Positions 43,829-55,245 of a DNA stretch of 64,000 bases are shown here, in pieces. A program made the translations under genes and the position numbers. Origin of the DNA: an uncultured delta proteobacterium (GTDB lineage: Bacteria > Myxococcota > Myxococcia > Myxococcales > Anaeromyxobacteraceae); assembly GCA_963845515.1 (NCBI GenBank), contig CAWJSR010000019.1, positions 1 through 64,000 on the forward strand. The letters run 5' to 3'. The notes beneath the pieces were generated by a model. The model ran no database searches. It worked only from the letters and a program-made list of their open reading frames with translations, and was not told the DNA's origin. Within the stretch, counting starts at the first letter, position 1; the number at the start of each line of letters is the position of its first letter.

Positions 43829-44803
43829 ATGGCCGACCGCCAGAAGATCCTCGTCGTCGACGACTCGAAGACCCAGCTCGACTGGATCCACGACGTGCTG
43901 GTCAGGGAGGGCTTCGACGTCCGCACCGCGGCCGACGGGAAGGAGGCGATCCGCAAGGTCCGGACCGAGCCTCCCGATCTCGTGCTGCTCGACATGGTGC
44001 TGCCCGACATGGACGGGCTCGAGGTGCTCCGGATCATCAAGGCGCGCGCCAACGACTTCATCCCCGTCATCATCCTGTCGGTGAAGGCCGACCTGGACAG
44101 CAAGGTGGCGGGGCTCCGGATCGGGGCCGACGACTTCCTCGCCAAGCCGTTCGCCGAGGCGGAGCTGCTGGCGCGCTGCGCGGCGATGCTGCGGATCAAG
44201 CGGCTGCAGGACGAGCTGCACACAGTGCAGAGGAAGCTGGAGGAGCAGTCGATCACCGACGGGCTCACCGGCCTCAAGAACCGGCGGTTCTTCGACGAGC
44301 GGCTCCAGGAGGAGTTCGGGCGCGCCCAGCGCTACACGGATCCCGTGTCGCTGATCATGCTCGACCTCGACCACTTCAAGCGCGTCAACGACAGGTACGG
44401 CCATCAGGCGGGCGACCTGGTCCTGCGCGAGGCGGCCGACCTGCTGCGCGGCTCCCTGAGGGATCCCGACATCCCGGCGCGCTATGGCGGCGAGGAGTTC
44501 GCGGTCATCCTCCCGAAGACCCACGTGCAGGGGGCGCTCGCCGTCGCGGAGCGGATCTGGCGCGCCATCGGGGAGAAGACCTTCCGCCACGCGCTCGGCG
44601 AGGGACCGGGGGCCTCGCCGCCGATCGAGCTGCGCATCACGGTCTCGATCGGCGTCGCCTTCTTCCCGTCCAAGGACATCACCTCCTCGGAGCTGCTGGT
44701 GAAGTTCGCCGACGAGGCGCTCTACCAGGCGAAGCGCTCGGGCCGGAACTCGATCTGCCTGTACCAGGCGCAGAACTATCGGTACGACGCCGGCCAGTCC
44801 TGA
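43829..44803 (+). CDS. Response-regulator diguanylate cyclase (Rec-GGDEF)
   Basis: ILVVDDS receiver; DGLTGLKNRR, DLDHFKRVND, RDPD I-site, RYGGEEF active site. Confidence 0.92.
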   Translation: MADRQKILVVDDSKTQLDWIHDVLVREGFDVRTAADGKEAIRKVRTEPPDLVLLDMVLPDMDGLEVLRIIKARANDFIPVIILSVKADLDSKVAGLRIGADDFLAKPFAEAELLARCAAMLRIKRLQDELHTVQRKLEEQSITDGLTGLKNRRFFDERLQEEFGRAQRYTDPVSLIMLDLDHFKRVNDRYGHQAGDLVLREAADLLRGSLRDPDIPARYGGEEFAVILPKTHVQGALAVAERIWRAIGEKTFRHALGEGPGASPPIELRITVSIGVAFFPSKDITSSELLVKFADEALYQAKRSGRNSICLYQAQNYRYDAGQS

Positions 44804-44976
44804 CGCCGCGACCCTCTCGGGCCTCCTCCGGGTGGGTCCCAGACCGGCGTCTACGGGTGTAGTATGAACCGGGTCCGCGCGGACCCGGTGGCCCTTTCCT
44901 TCAAACGGCTGAAAACGCGGCCCGACAGGCGGGCGCAGGCTGGTTCCGCGAGTGCAACCCGGGGCTTTCCTTGGTC

Positions 44977-46539
44977 ATGGAATCGGTGGGGGCCAAAATC
45001 GGGGCTGACCGGCATCACTCCCGGCCGGAGTCGACGGTGCTGGTCGTCGACGACGACGAGCACGTGCGGCGCACGCTCGCGCGCATCCTGCGGGGGCGGT
45101 TCCACGGGAAGGTGATCCTCGCCACCGACGGGCAGGAGGGGCTCGCCATCCTCGGGCGGGAGGCGATCCACGCCGTCGTCTCGGACTACCGGATGCCCGG
45201 CATGTCGGGCGTCGAGTTCCTGCGGGTGGTCAAGGAGCGGTGGCCGTCCATCCAGCGCGTCCTGCTGACCGGCCAGGCGGACTCGACCGCGATCGAGGAG
45301 GCGGTCAACCAGGCGGAGATCTTCCGCTTCATCTGGAAGCCCTGGGACGACTCGCACCTCCTCGCGACCATACAGAGCGCGGTCGACCAGTACTGGATCG
45401 TCGAGGAGAACCACAGGCTGCAGCGGCTCGTCGCCGAACGGAACGACGAGCTCGAGCGGCTGAACCGCGACCTCGACAACCGGCTCGCGCAGCGCTCTGC
45501 GGCGCTCGTCCGGGCGGCGGAGGAGTGGCGCGCCAGCTTCGACGCCATCGGCGATCCGCTGGCGATCCTCCGCGTCGGCGGGTGCGAGGTCGTCCGCTCG
45601 AACACGGCCTTCGCGCGCGCAGCGGGCGTCGCGCCGACGGAGCTCTCGGGGCTGCGCTGCGCCGAGCACGCCTACGGGACGCTCCCGTGCCCGGCCCGGT
45701 GTGCGATGGCGCTCGGCGGCCCGGCCGAGCGCGAGGTCGTCTTCGGCGACCGCACCTGGCTCCTGCGCAGCTTCCCGCTCGACTACGAGACCGAGCTGGC
45801 GGCGGTCGTGACCTTCAAGGACGTGACCGACGAGCGCGAGGTGGGGCGCAGGCTCTTCCACGCCGAGAAGATGGCGGCGGTCGGGCAGCTCGCTGGCGGC
45901 GTCGCGCACGAGATCAACAACCCCCTCGGCGGCATCCTCGCCTTCGCCCAGATGATGGCGCGCGAGGGGAGCCGGAGCGCGGACGACAAGGAGAGCCTGC
46001 GGCTCATCCAGGACGCCGCACTCCGGGCGAAGCGCATCGTCGAGTCGCTGCTGAGGTTCTCGCGCCGGCCGAAGCCCGAGGAGCGGGGGCGGGTCGATCT
46101 GGGCGTCGTCTGCGACGACGCGCTCTTCCTCCTGCTGTCGCAGCTCAAGGAGAAGAAGTACGACGTCATCCGCGACTACCAGCCGGCCATCGCGATCGGC
46201 AACGCCAACCAGCTCCAGCAGATCGTGGTCAACCTCGTGGTCAACGCGATCCAGGCGATGCCAGGGGGCGGACGGATCCTGGTCGGGACCGGCCCGGCCG
46301 GGCCGGGGCGGGTGCGGTTCAGCGTGACGGACGACGGGGAGGGGATCGCCCCCGAGGTCGCGAAGCGGATCTTCGAGCCGTTCTTCACGACGAAGCCGGA
46401 AGGGCAGGGCACCGGGCTCGGCCTCTCGATCTGCTACCAGATCGCCGAGGAGAACGGCGGCAGCATCGTGGCGGAGAACGCGCCGGGGATGGGCGCAGCC
46501 TTCTCGGTCGAGCTGCCGGCGGCGCCGGCGGAGCCCTGA
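44977..46539 (+). CDS. Hybrid kinase Rec-PAS-HisKA-HATPase (HsfB-like)
   Basis: VLVVDDD..SDYRMP receiver; PAS-like segment; GVAHEINNPL; PFFTTKPEGQGTGLGL; no TM. Possible sigma-54 site TGGTTCCGCGAGTGCA at 44941-44956. Confidence 0.85.
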   Translation: MESVGAKIGADRHHSRPESTVLVVDDDEHVRRTLARILRGRFHGKVILATDGQEGLAILGREAIHAVVSDYRMPGMSGVEFLRVVKERWPSIQRVLLTGQADSTAIEEAVNQAEIFRFIWKPWDDSHLLATIQSAVDQYWIVEENHRLQRLVAERNDELERLNRDLDNRLAQRSAALVRAAEEWRASFDAIGDPLAILRVGGCEVVRSNTAFARAAGVAPTELSGLRCAEHAYGTLPCPARCAMALGGPAEREVVFGDRTWLLRSFPLDYETELAAVVTFKDVTDEREVGRRLFHAEKMAAVGQLAGGVAHEINNPLGGILAFAQMMAREGSRSADDKESLRLIQDAALRAKRIVESLLRFSRRPKPEERGRVDLGVVCDDALFLLLSQLKEKKYDVIRDYQPAIAIGNANQLQQIVVNLVVNAIQAMPGGGRILVGTGPAGPGRVRFSVTDDGEGIAPEVAKRIFEPFFTTKPEGQGTGLGLSICYQIAEENGGSIVAENAPGMGAAFSVELPAAPAEP

Positions 46540-46556
46540 AGCAGGGGAGGACGACA

Positions 46557-48028
<1,472 letters not shown>

Positions 48029-48032
<4 letters not shown>

Positions 48033-49630
48033 CGCTGCGCCGCGCCGCGCTCTCCCTCTGCGCGCTGGCTGCAGCCGGCGCCGGCTGCGCGGGGGGGCAG
48101 CGCCTCCCGGTGACCCTTCACCTCGAGACCCTGACGCCGGAAGAGGTCTTCGCGAGGGCTCCTGCCGCCGAGTGGCGGGAGCCGACCTTCGGCGATCCGG
48201 CCCAGGCGGCCGTCGAGGTCGAGTGCGGCGTGAGCCCGCGGCTCGCGGGGGGCGAGATCTACGCCGCCGTCCGGGTGCGGGGGCGTGCGCCACGAGCGGC
48301 CATCGCGCCGCTCAACGTGTCGCTCGTGCTGGACCGCTCCGGCTCCATGCGGGGACGGCCCTTCCAGAACATGCTGCTCGCGGCGGAGGCCTTCGTCGGA
48401 CGGCTCAGGGACGGCGACCGGCTCTCGGTCGTGGTCTTCTCGGACGGCGTCTTCGAGCCGGTCGCGCCGGTCGTCATCGACGCGTCGAGCCGGCAGGCGT
48501 CGGTCGCCGCGATCCGCGCGCTGGGGCATGGCGGGATGACCCACCTCTCGGCCGGCCTGCTCGCGGGGCTCTTCGACGTCTGGAGCCACATCGACGGCTG
48601 GCAGGTCAACCACGTCGTGCTGCTGAGCGACGGCCAGCCCAACCGCGGGATCACCGACCGGACGCAGCTCGCGTCGCTCGCCGCGTCCGCGGCGGAGCGC
48701 GGCGTCGGCATCACGTCCGTCGGCTTCGGTCCGGAGCACGACGAGCTGCTGATGCAGGCCATCGCCGACGCCGGCGGCGGCAGCTACCACTACGTCGCGA
48801 CCGCGGACGACATCCCGGCCGTCTTCCAGCGCGAGGCGGCCGACATGCTCGGCGTGGCGGCGCGGGACACCGTGGTGCAGGTCGCGCCGCCTCCCGGGTA
48901 CTCGGTCGAGGACGTCCTCGGGCAGGACTACTACCTGGAGTCCGGCCGGCTGTGGGTGCGCCTGGGGGCGGTGCCGCACGATCAGGAGCGCTTCATCGTG
49001 CTCCGCCTGCGCGCCCTCCGTGCGGAGGCGCAGTCACTGCCGATCTCGGTCGTCGGCTCGGACATGGCTCAGCGGACGAGGTTCGGCGTGGCGTGCAAGC
49101 CGCGCTTGCGCGGCACCGGCGGCGGCGATGACCGCTGGGTGCTCGAGCTCGCCGGCCGCGCCGAGGCCGCCTGGGGCCTGAGCGAGGCGATGGGTTGGGT
49201 CGATCAGGGGACCGAGCCCCTCGCCATCGCGCAGCTCGCCCACACCCGCGGGCTCGTCGCGAGCATGGGCGACGTGCTCGGCACTTCAGCCCTCGCCGAG
49301 GACGACCGGACGCTCGAGGCGGCCCAGCTCCAGCTCGCCGCCCAGGTCGCCGCGGGCGCGGCGACGGCCGCCCGTGGGGGCGGGATCGGTGGCCTCATGG
49401 AGTTCGGCGCGCGGACGCTGGTGAAGAGCGCGGCGACCGCCGCGACCCAGGTCGCCTTCCGCCCGCTCGTGCGCGCGGGGCTCCAGGTCACCTGGTACGG
49501 CCGCCCGGCGACCTTCCTGTCGGCGCGAACGCAGCGGCAGTACACGACGCCGGCGGGCGACCGCAACCGGAAGCACAAGGCGGCGCGCTTCGACGCCTAC
49601 CAGAAGCTGCGAGTCGGCCGGCGGCGCTGA
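48029..49630 (+). CDS. vWA-domain lipoprotein (533 aa)
   Basis: ATGA overlap with upstream stop; lipobox AGAGC; MIDAS DRSGS, LLSDGQPN, SVGFG. Confidence 0.8.
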
Positions 49631-49675
49631 GCCCCGGTCACGTCTCCCTCGTCGCGGGAGGAACCCAGCCACCCC

Positions 49676-50302
49676 TCACCCCAGGAACGCGCGCGCCTCC
49701 TCGAAGATCCGCGCGTAAGACCGCTCCAGCCCGTGGCCGTCGTCGAGGACGACGAGCCCCGCGCTCGGCGTCTGCGCGACCCAGCGCTCGACGTCCGCGA
49801 GCGGGACCAGCTCGTCCTGCCGCCCGGCGATGACGAGCGTGGGGACGGCGACCGCCGGGTACGCTGGGAAGCGGCCGGCGTCCTCGACGAACGCGTAGTC
49901 GATCCGGCGCCGCGTCCCGGTCGCGTGGTGCTCCACCTCCAGGCCGTCGCGCTTCCACTCCTCCAGCTGGCGAGGGCCGAGCCGTCCGGTCCAGCGCTCC
50001 ACGAGGCCGAAGGCCGGCGCGAGGAGGACGAGCCGCTCGACGGTCGCGTCCTGCGCCGCCGTCAGGGCCGAGAGCCAGCCTCCCAGCGAGCTGCCGATGA
50101 GCGCGTGCGGCGGACTCGCGGGGTCGAGCAGCCCCCGGACGACGGCGAGCATCGACGTGGGCGTCGAGCGCTCGAACCCGAGCGGGCCAGGCGTGAGGTC
50201 GGCGGCGACGAGCTCCCTGCCGATCGCGGCGAAGCGCCCGGCGAGGTCGACCGCCTTGGCCGAGCCGGGGCCCGAGGCGAAGCCGTGGAGGTAGAGGATC
50301 AC
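49676..50302 (-). CDS. YqiA/YcfP-family alpha/beta hydrolase
   Basis: LYLHGFASGP.S.KA, GSSLGG, DGH. Confidence 0.85.
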   Translation of the reverse strand: MILYLHGFASGPGSAKAVDLAGRFAAIGRELVAADLTPGPLGFERSTPTSMLAVVRGLLDPASPPHALIGSSLGGWLSALTAAQDATVERLVLLAPAFGLVERWTGRLGPRQLEEWKRDGLEVEHHATGTRRRIDYAFVEDAGRFPAYPAVAVPTLVIAGRQDELVPLADVERWVAQTPSAGLVVLDDGHGLERSYARIFEEARAFLG

Positions 50303-51612
50303 CTTCCGAGCTTCTCCCGAAGCGCCTTCCAGCGCTCTCCCAGCGCCTTCTCCAGCCCGTTCTCGGAGAGCTTGACGATCCGCTCCCCGCGCAGCGCGTC
50401 GGGCAGGTACTCCTCGACGACGTAGCTGCCCTCGAAGTCGTGCGGGTACTTGTAGCCGCCGCCGTAGCCCATCCCCTTCATCATGCTGGTCGGGGCGTTG
50501 CGGAGCTTGAGCGGCACGGGGAGCGGCCCGCGCTCTCCGACGAGGCGGCGCGCGTTGGCGTAGGCGGTCAGCGCGGCGTTCGACTTGGGCGCGAGCGCCA
50601 GGTAGATGGCCGCCTGGGACATCGGCAGGACCGCCTCCGGCAGCCCCACCAGCTCCAGCGCCTGGAGGGCCGCCACCGCCACCTGGAGCGCCCCGGGGTC
50701 GGCGTTGCCCACGTCCTCGCTCGCGAAGATGACCATCCGGCGGAGGACGAAGCGCGGCTCCTCGCCGCCCTCCAGCATCCGGACCATGTAGTAGACCGCG
50801 GCGTCCGGATTGCTGCCGCGCAGCGACTTGATGAAGGCGGAGACGACGTTGTAGTGCTCCTCGCCCGCCTTGTCGTAGAGGAGCGTCTTCTGCTGCAGTG
50901 CGTCCTCGGCGTCGGCCCGCTCGATCGACGTGCGGCCGGCGAGCTTCACCGCCGCCGCGGCGACCTCCACGGCGTTGAGCGCGCGGCGGCCGTCGCCGTA
51001 GGCGTAGCGCGCGAGCGCCTCGCGCGCCTCGGCGGAGAGCGACACCTCGCCCTTCAGCCCGCTCGGTGCCGAGACGGCCCGGTCGAGCATCGCGCCGACC
51101 TCCTCCTCAGTGAGCGCGCGGAGCGTCACCACGCGGCAGCGTGAGAGGAGCGCGGCGTTCACCTCGAAGGACGGGTTCTCGGTCGTGGCGCCGATGAGCG
51201 TGATGGTGCCGTCCTCGACGTGCGGCAGGAACGCGTCCTGCTGCGCGCGCGTGAAGCGGTGGATCTCGTCGACGAAGAGGATCGTCCTCTTGCGGTGCAT
51301 CCGGCGCCGATCCTTCGCGGCCGCGACGATCTCGCGGATCTCCTTCACGCCGCCGAGCACCGCGCTGAAGGCGACGAACTCGGAGCCGGTCCGCCGGGCG
51401 ACGAGCCGGGCGAGCGTCGTCTTGCCGGTCCCTGGCGGGCCCCACAGGAGGAGCGACCCGACCTGGTCCGCCTCGATCGCGCGCCGCAGCGCAGTCCCCG
51501 GGCCGAGGACGTGCTCCTGCCCCACGAAGTCCTCGAGGGAGCGGGGGCGCATCCGCTCCGCGAGCGGCTTGCTAGAGTCGTCCTGCTCGACTGCGCGATC
51601 GAAGAGGTCCAC
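50299..51612 (-). CDS. rarA: Replication-associated recombination protein A
   Basis: PLAERMRP, WGPPGTGKTT, DEIHRF, ATTENPSF, SAFIKSLRGS, SEDVGNADP, PKSN. Confidence 0.95.
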   Translation of the reverse strand: MDLFDRAVEQDDSSKPLAERMRPRSLEDFVGQEHVLGPGTALRRAIEADQVGSLLLWGPPGTGKTTLARLVARRTGSEFVAFSAVLGGVKEIREIVAAAKDRRRMHRKRTILFVDEIHRFTRAQQDAFLPHVEDGTITLIGATTENPSFEVNAALLSRCRVVTLRALTEEEVGAMLDRAVSAPSGLKGEVSLSAEAREALARYAYGDGRRALNAVEVAAAAVKLAGRTSIERADAEDALQQKTLLYDKAGEEHYNVVSAFIKSLRGSNPDAAVYYMVRMLEGGEEPRFVLRRMVIFASEDVGNADPGALQVAVAALQALELVGLPEAVLPMSQAAIYLALAPKSNAALTAYANARRLVGERGPLPVPLKLRNAPTSMMKGMGYGGGYKYPHDFEGSYVVEEYLPDALRGERIVKLSENGLEKALGERWKALREKLGR

Positions 51613-51635
51613 GGAGTCGGTATAGTAGCCTCTCC

Positions 51636-52475
51636 ATGGCCAGCCAACCCTGCCCGGTTCCGAGGCGCGTCGGGATCGTCCACAAGAAGAAGAGCGCCGA
51701 GGCGGCCGAGACGGTGCCGTACGTCGAGCAGTTCCTGAAGCAGAAGGGGCTCGAGGTGCTCACCGACGAGCCCGGGATCGGCGCCGGCGCCGACCTGGTG
51801 GTCGTGCTCGGCGGCGACGGCACCTTGATCCACGCGGCCTCCCTCCTGCACGGCCGCCCCGCCCCGATCATGGGGATCAACATGGGGAGCCTCGGCTTCA
51901 TGACCGAGGTGCCGCAGAGCGAGATGTACCCGGTCCTCGATCACATCCTCGCCGGGAAGGCGACGATGTCGCGGCGGTTCAAGCTCCACGTCCACCTGCA
52001 CCGGGTGGGCGCCGAGTCCCCGGTGCTGGACGGTGAGGTGCTGAACGACGTCGTCATCCACAAGGACGCCCTCGCGCCGATGTGCGAGCTCGACACGCGC
52101 ATGTCGGGCGCCTACGTGACCACCTACAAGGCGGACGGCATCATCATCGCGACCCCGACCGGCTCGACCGCGTATTCGCTCGCGGCCAATGGGCCAATCC
52201 TGCTGCCGACGATGCGGGGGCTGATCGTGGCGCCCGTCTGCCCGCACACGCTCACGCAACGGCCGCTGGTGCTGCCGGACGACGAGGACATCGAGATCTT
52301 CCTGATCAACGACAGCCAGGTGTTCCTGTCGCTGGACGGCCAGAAGGGGCTCCCGCTGGAGCGCGGGGACCGGGTGCAGGTGAAGCAGTCGGCCAACCAG
52401 GTCCTGCTCGTGAACAACCCCAACATCGACTTCTTCGGCATCCTCCGGAAGAAGCTGCGGTGGGGGGAACGGTAG
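51636..52475 (+). CDS. nadK: NAD kinase
   Basis: LGGDGT, GSLGF, LND, DGIIIATPTGSTAYSL. Confidence 0.95.
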   Translation: MASQPCPVPRRVGIVHKKKSAEAAETVPYVEQFLKQKGLEVLTDEPGIGAGADLVVVLGGDGTLIHAASLLHGRPAPIMGINMGSLGFMTEVPQSEMYPVLDHILAGKATMSRRFKLHVHLHRVGAESPVLDGEVLNDVVIHKDALAPMCELDTRMSGAYVTTYKADGIIIATPTGSTAYSLAANGPILLPTMRGLIVAPVCPHTLTQRPLVLPDDEDIEIFLINDSQVFLSLDGQKGLPLERGDRVQVKQSANQVLLVNNPNIDFFGILRKKLRWGER

Positions 52476-52511
52476 GGGCGATGGAGAGGCGCCCCACGTC
52501 GCCGCCGCGCC

Positions 52512-52787
52512 CTACCGCTCCTCCCGCGAATGCCACACGCGCAGGACGATGAGGTCGGAGCCCGTCACCTCGTACCGGAGCTCGTAGCCCGCGACGATCA
52601 GGCGGCGGACCTCTCGCGGTTCGTAGCGCTCCAGCTTCTCGCCGATCCGAGGCAGCTCCGCGAGCCGGCCGCCGGCCCGGACGAGCGCCTGGATCGCGGC
52701 CGTCGCGGCGCGGCCGTCCGCTGGAGCCAGGAACTCGTGGAGGCGGGCGAGGTCTTCGGCGGCCTTCTCGGTCCAGGTGACCTTCAC
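52512..52787 (-). CDS. RelE/ParE-family toxin
   Basis: MKVTWTEKAAEDLARLHEFL..REVRRLIV..YELRY..VLRVWHSRE; 4-nt overlap with the antitoxin. Confidence 0.85.
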   Translation of the reverse strand: MKVTWTEKAAEDLARLHEFLAPADGRAATAAIQALVRAGGRLAELPRIGEKLERYEPREVRRLIVAGYELRYEVTGSDLIVLRVWHSREER

Positions 52788-53047
52788 CGGCGAGGCGCCT
52801 TCCGAGGACGTCTCGCCGTGGGCTGCTCCGCCCAGGCGGCGACTGCCTCGTGCGCAACGACCCGGCCAGCGTCCACGTCCGCGAGCGCCTCCAGCGTTAG
52901 CTGGTGGCGCCGCTCCTCCTCGTCGATCCAGGCCGCGAGCGCCTGCTTCACGATCCAGCCGCGTGAGCGCTCGGTGCGGGCGGCCAGCTCGTCCACCTTC
53001 TTCGCCAGCGCGAGGGGGACGTGTGCGGTCAGGACCTTGGTGGTCAT
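52784..53047 (-). CDS. CopG/RHH antitoxin
   Basis: TKVLTAHVP..LAKKVDELA..ERSRGWIVKQAL, LADVDAGRVVAH; GAAGGAG RBS. Confidence 0.85.
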   Translation of the reverse strand: MTTKVLTAHVPLALAKKVDELAARTERSRGWIVKQALAAWIDEEERRHQLTLEALADVDAGRVVAHEAVAAWAEQPTARRPRKAPRR

Positions 53048-53076
53048 CGGCGCTCCTTCAGGGTGAGTCAGTTCCA

Positions 53077-53105
53077 ATCGTAGTGATTGAAGAGTAATCA
53101 TGCAA
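53077..53105 (-). promoter_or_regulatory. TA operon promoter with overlapping palindromic operator
   Basis: Minus strand TTGCAT-N17-TACGAT; inverted repeat TGATT-N7-AATCA at 53084-53100 spans the spacer. Confidence 0.65.
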
Positions 53106-53147
53106 CGCACGTGAGTATCTTAAAGTGGCGCCTTACATTCATGAGCG

Positions 53148-53325
53148 ATGAGCTCCGTCCCACGCGCCCTCGAGCCCGAGCTGCACCGCGCCGCGCGCGC
53201 GTTTCCGGCGTTCGTCCTCACCGGACCCGGCGTGGTGGTCGCCGGGTTCTGCGCGACGGCGAAGGGCTGCTCCTACTTCCCGTTCAGCGGGTCGACGCTC
53301 CGGACGCTCGCGGACGATCTCGATG
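53148..53325 (+). pseudogene. Chimeric relic: AAA_14/DUF4143-type ATPase N-terminus joined to a DUF1801-like fragment
   Basis: MSSVPRALEPELHRAARAFPAFVLTGP stops at the start of a Walker A (GPxxxGKT missing); followed by VVAGFCATAKGCSYFPFSGSTLRTLADDL. Family recognition from memory only. Confidence 0.45.
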
Positions 53326-53402
53326 CGCGTCGCAGAGAAGAGCTGAACACACCCACCACTGAAAACTTGCGCAGTGTCAGGGGGCGGTGCAAGACTCGCT
53401 GC

Positions 53403-55196
53403 ATGCTCACCCTCCTGCGTATCGGCGGCTTCGCGATCGTCGACCAGGTCGAGGTCCGCTTCGGCCCCGGCCTGAACGTCCTCACCGGTGAGACCGGCGC
53501 CGGCAAGTCGCTGCTGGTCAACGCGCTGCACCTGGTCCTTGGCGGCCGCATGAGCGCCGACGTGCTGCGCGACGGCGCCGAGGAGGCGGTCGTCGAGGCC
53601 CTGTTCGAGCTGCCCGCGAACCACCCGGTCTTCGCGCGGCTCGAGGCGGCCGGCGTTCCGCCGCCCGCGGGTGGCGAGACGGCGGAGCTGCTCGTCCGCC
53701 GCGTCGCTGCGCGGGGCGGGAAGGGGCGCGCCTTCGTCAACGGCGTCCTCTGTACCGTCTCGATGCTGGAGCAGGCCCTCCGGGGGGTCGTCGACGTCAC
53801 CGGCCAGCACGAGCACGTCTCGCTCCTCGACGCTTCGACCCACCTCGACCTCGTGGACGCCTTCGCCGGGACTGACCAGCCGGATGGCGATCGCCCAGCG
53901 CTCCTCGGGCGCTACCGTGCCGCCTTCGGTGCCCTCGCGGCGCTCCTCCGTGAGCGGGACGTGCTCCGGATCGACGCAGGCGAGCGGGCCCGTCGCGCCG
54001 ACTACCTCGCGTTCCAGCTCCGGGAGCTCGACACCGTCGACCCGGGGCCGGGGGAGGACGCCGCCCTCGAGGGCGAGCGGCGCGTGCTCGCCAGCGCCGA
54101 GAAGCTGCGGGAGGCGGCGCGCGCGGCCGAGGGACACGTCTACGGTGAGGAGGGGAGCGCGGGCGAGCGCGTTGGGCTGGCGCTCCGCGCCATCGTCGAC
54201 GCCGTGCTGCTGGATCCCCGGCTTGAAGGCCCTGCGGCGCTCCTCCGCTCCGCGGCGGCCGAGATCGACGAGGCGGGGCGCGAGCTCTCCCGCTACGCAG
54301 ACGGCCTGGGCGGTGACCCCGAGCGACTCCAGTCCGTCCTGGATCGGCTGGACGCGCTCAAGGCCATCGCCCGCAAGCACGGCGGTTCCCTGGAGTCGGC
54401 CGTCGATGCCCGGGCCAGCATGACCGCCGAGCTGGCCGCGCTCCAGGGCGGGGGCGAGCGGCTGGAGTCGCTGGCGACCGAGATCGCGGCCGCCTCGGCC
54501 GCTGCGATCGCCCTGGCGCGCGAGCTGACGAAGGCCCGCGCCGCAGCCGCAAAGCGGTTCGCCGCAGGGGTGGCGGGTGAGCTCACGGGGCTCGCGATGG
54601 GGCGCTGTCGGCTGGAGGTGGCCTTCACGACACCGGACGGAGCCGTCGAGGTGGACGGCGCGCGGCTCGCGGCCGGAGGGGCGGAGCGCGCCGAGCTGCT
54701 CATCGCCCCGAACCCCGGCGAATCCCCCCGCCCGCTCGCCAGGATCGCGTCCGGGGGTGAGCTCTCTCGCGTCCTGCTCGCGGTGAAGCGTGTGATCGCG
54801 CGCCGCGACCCCGTCAGCACCTATGTGTTCGACGAGGTGGACAGCGGTATCGGTGGGGCCGTGGCCGAGGCCATGGGGCGGACGCTCGCCGACGTCGCCC
54901 AGGGGCGCCAGGTGATCTGCGTCACGCACCTGCCGCAGGTGGCGGCCTTCGCCGAGCGACACCACCGGGTCGAGAAGCGGGTGACCGACGGTCGGACCAG
55001 CGCCGAGGTCATTCCGCTGTCGGAAGGGGAGCGCCGCGGCGAGCTGGCAAGAATGCTGGCGGGGGCCACGGTGACCGCTTCGGCGCTGGAGCACGCGGGG
55101 TCGCTCATCGACGCCGCGCGCGCGCCCGCTCCCTCGGGCGCACGCCGCACCGCGCCAAGCCGCGCGGCAGCGCGCAGAACCATCGCTGCAAGTTGA
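53403..55196 (+). CDS. recN: DNA repair protein RecN
   Basis: LTGETGAGKS, GQHEH, ASGGELSR, FDEVDSGIGG, VTHLPQVAA, ELARMLAG. Confidence 0.95.
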   Translation: MLTLLRIGGFAIVDQVEVRFGPGLNVLTGETGAGKSLLVNALHLVLGGRMSADVLRDGAEEAVVEALFELPANHPVFARLEAAGVPPPAGGETAELLVRRVAARGGKGRAFVNGVLCTVSMLEQALRGVVDVTGQHEHVSLLDASTHLDLVDAFAGTDQPDGDRPALLGRYRAAFGALAALLRERDVLRIDAGERARRADYLAFQLRELDTVDPGPGEDAALEGERRVLASAEKLREAARAAEGHVYGEEGSAGERVGLALRAIVDAVLLDPRLEGPAALLRSAAAEIDEAGRELSRYADGLGGDPERLQSVLDRLDALKAIARKHGGSLESAVDARASMTAELAALQGGGERLESLATEIAAASAAAIALARELTKARAAAAKRFAAGVAGELTGLAMGRCRLEVAFTTPDGAVEVDGARLAAGGAERAELLIAPNPGESPRPLARIASGGELSRVLLAVKRVIARRDPVSTYVFDEVDSGIGGAVAEAMGRTLADVAQGRQVICVTHLPQVAAFAERHHRVEKRVTDGRTSAEVIPLSEGERRGELARMLAGATVTASALEHAGSLIDAARAPAPSGARRTAPSRAAARRTIAAS

Positions 55197-55245
55197 CCAA
55201 GCTTTCGTTGACCCTTGGAGGACCGCGAGGTTAGGCTGCGCCACC

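Noticed and set aside
53342..53358. LexA box upstream of recN (GCTGAACACAC)
   Set aside because: Matches only one half of the recalled myxobacterial LexA consensus; insufficient support.
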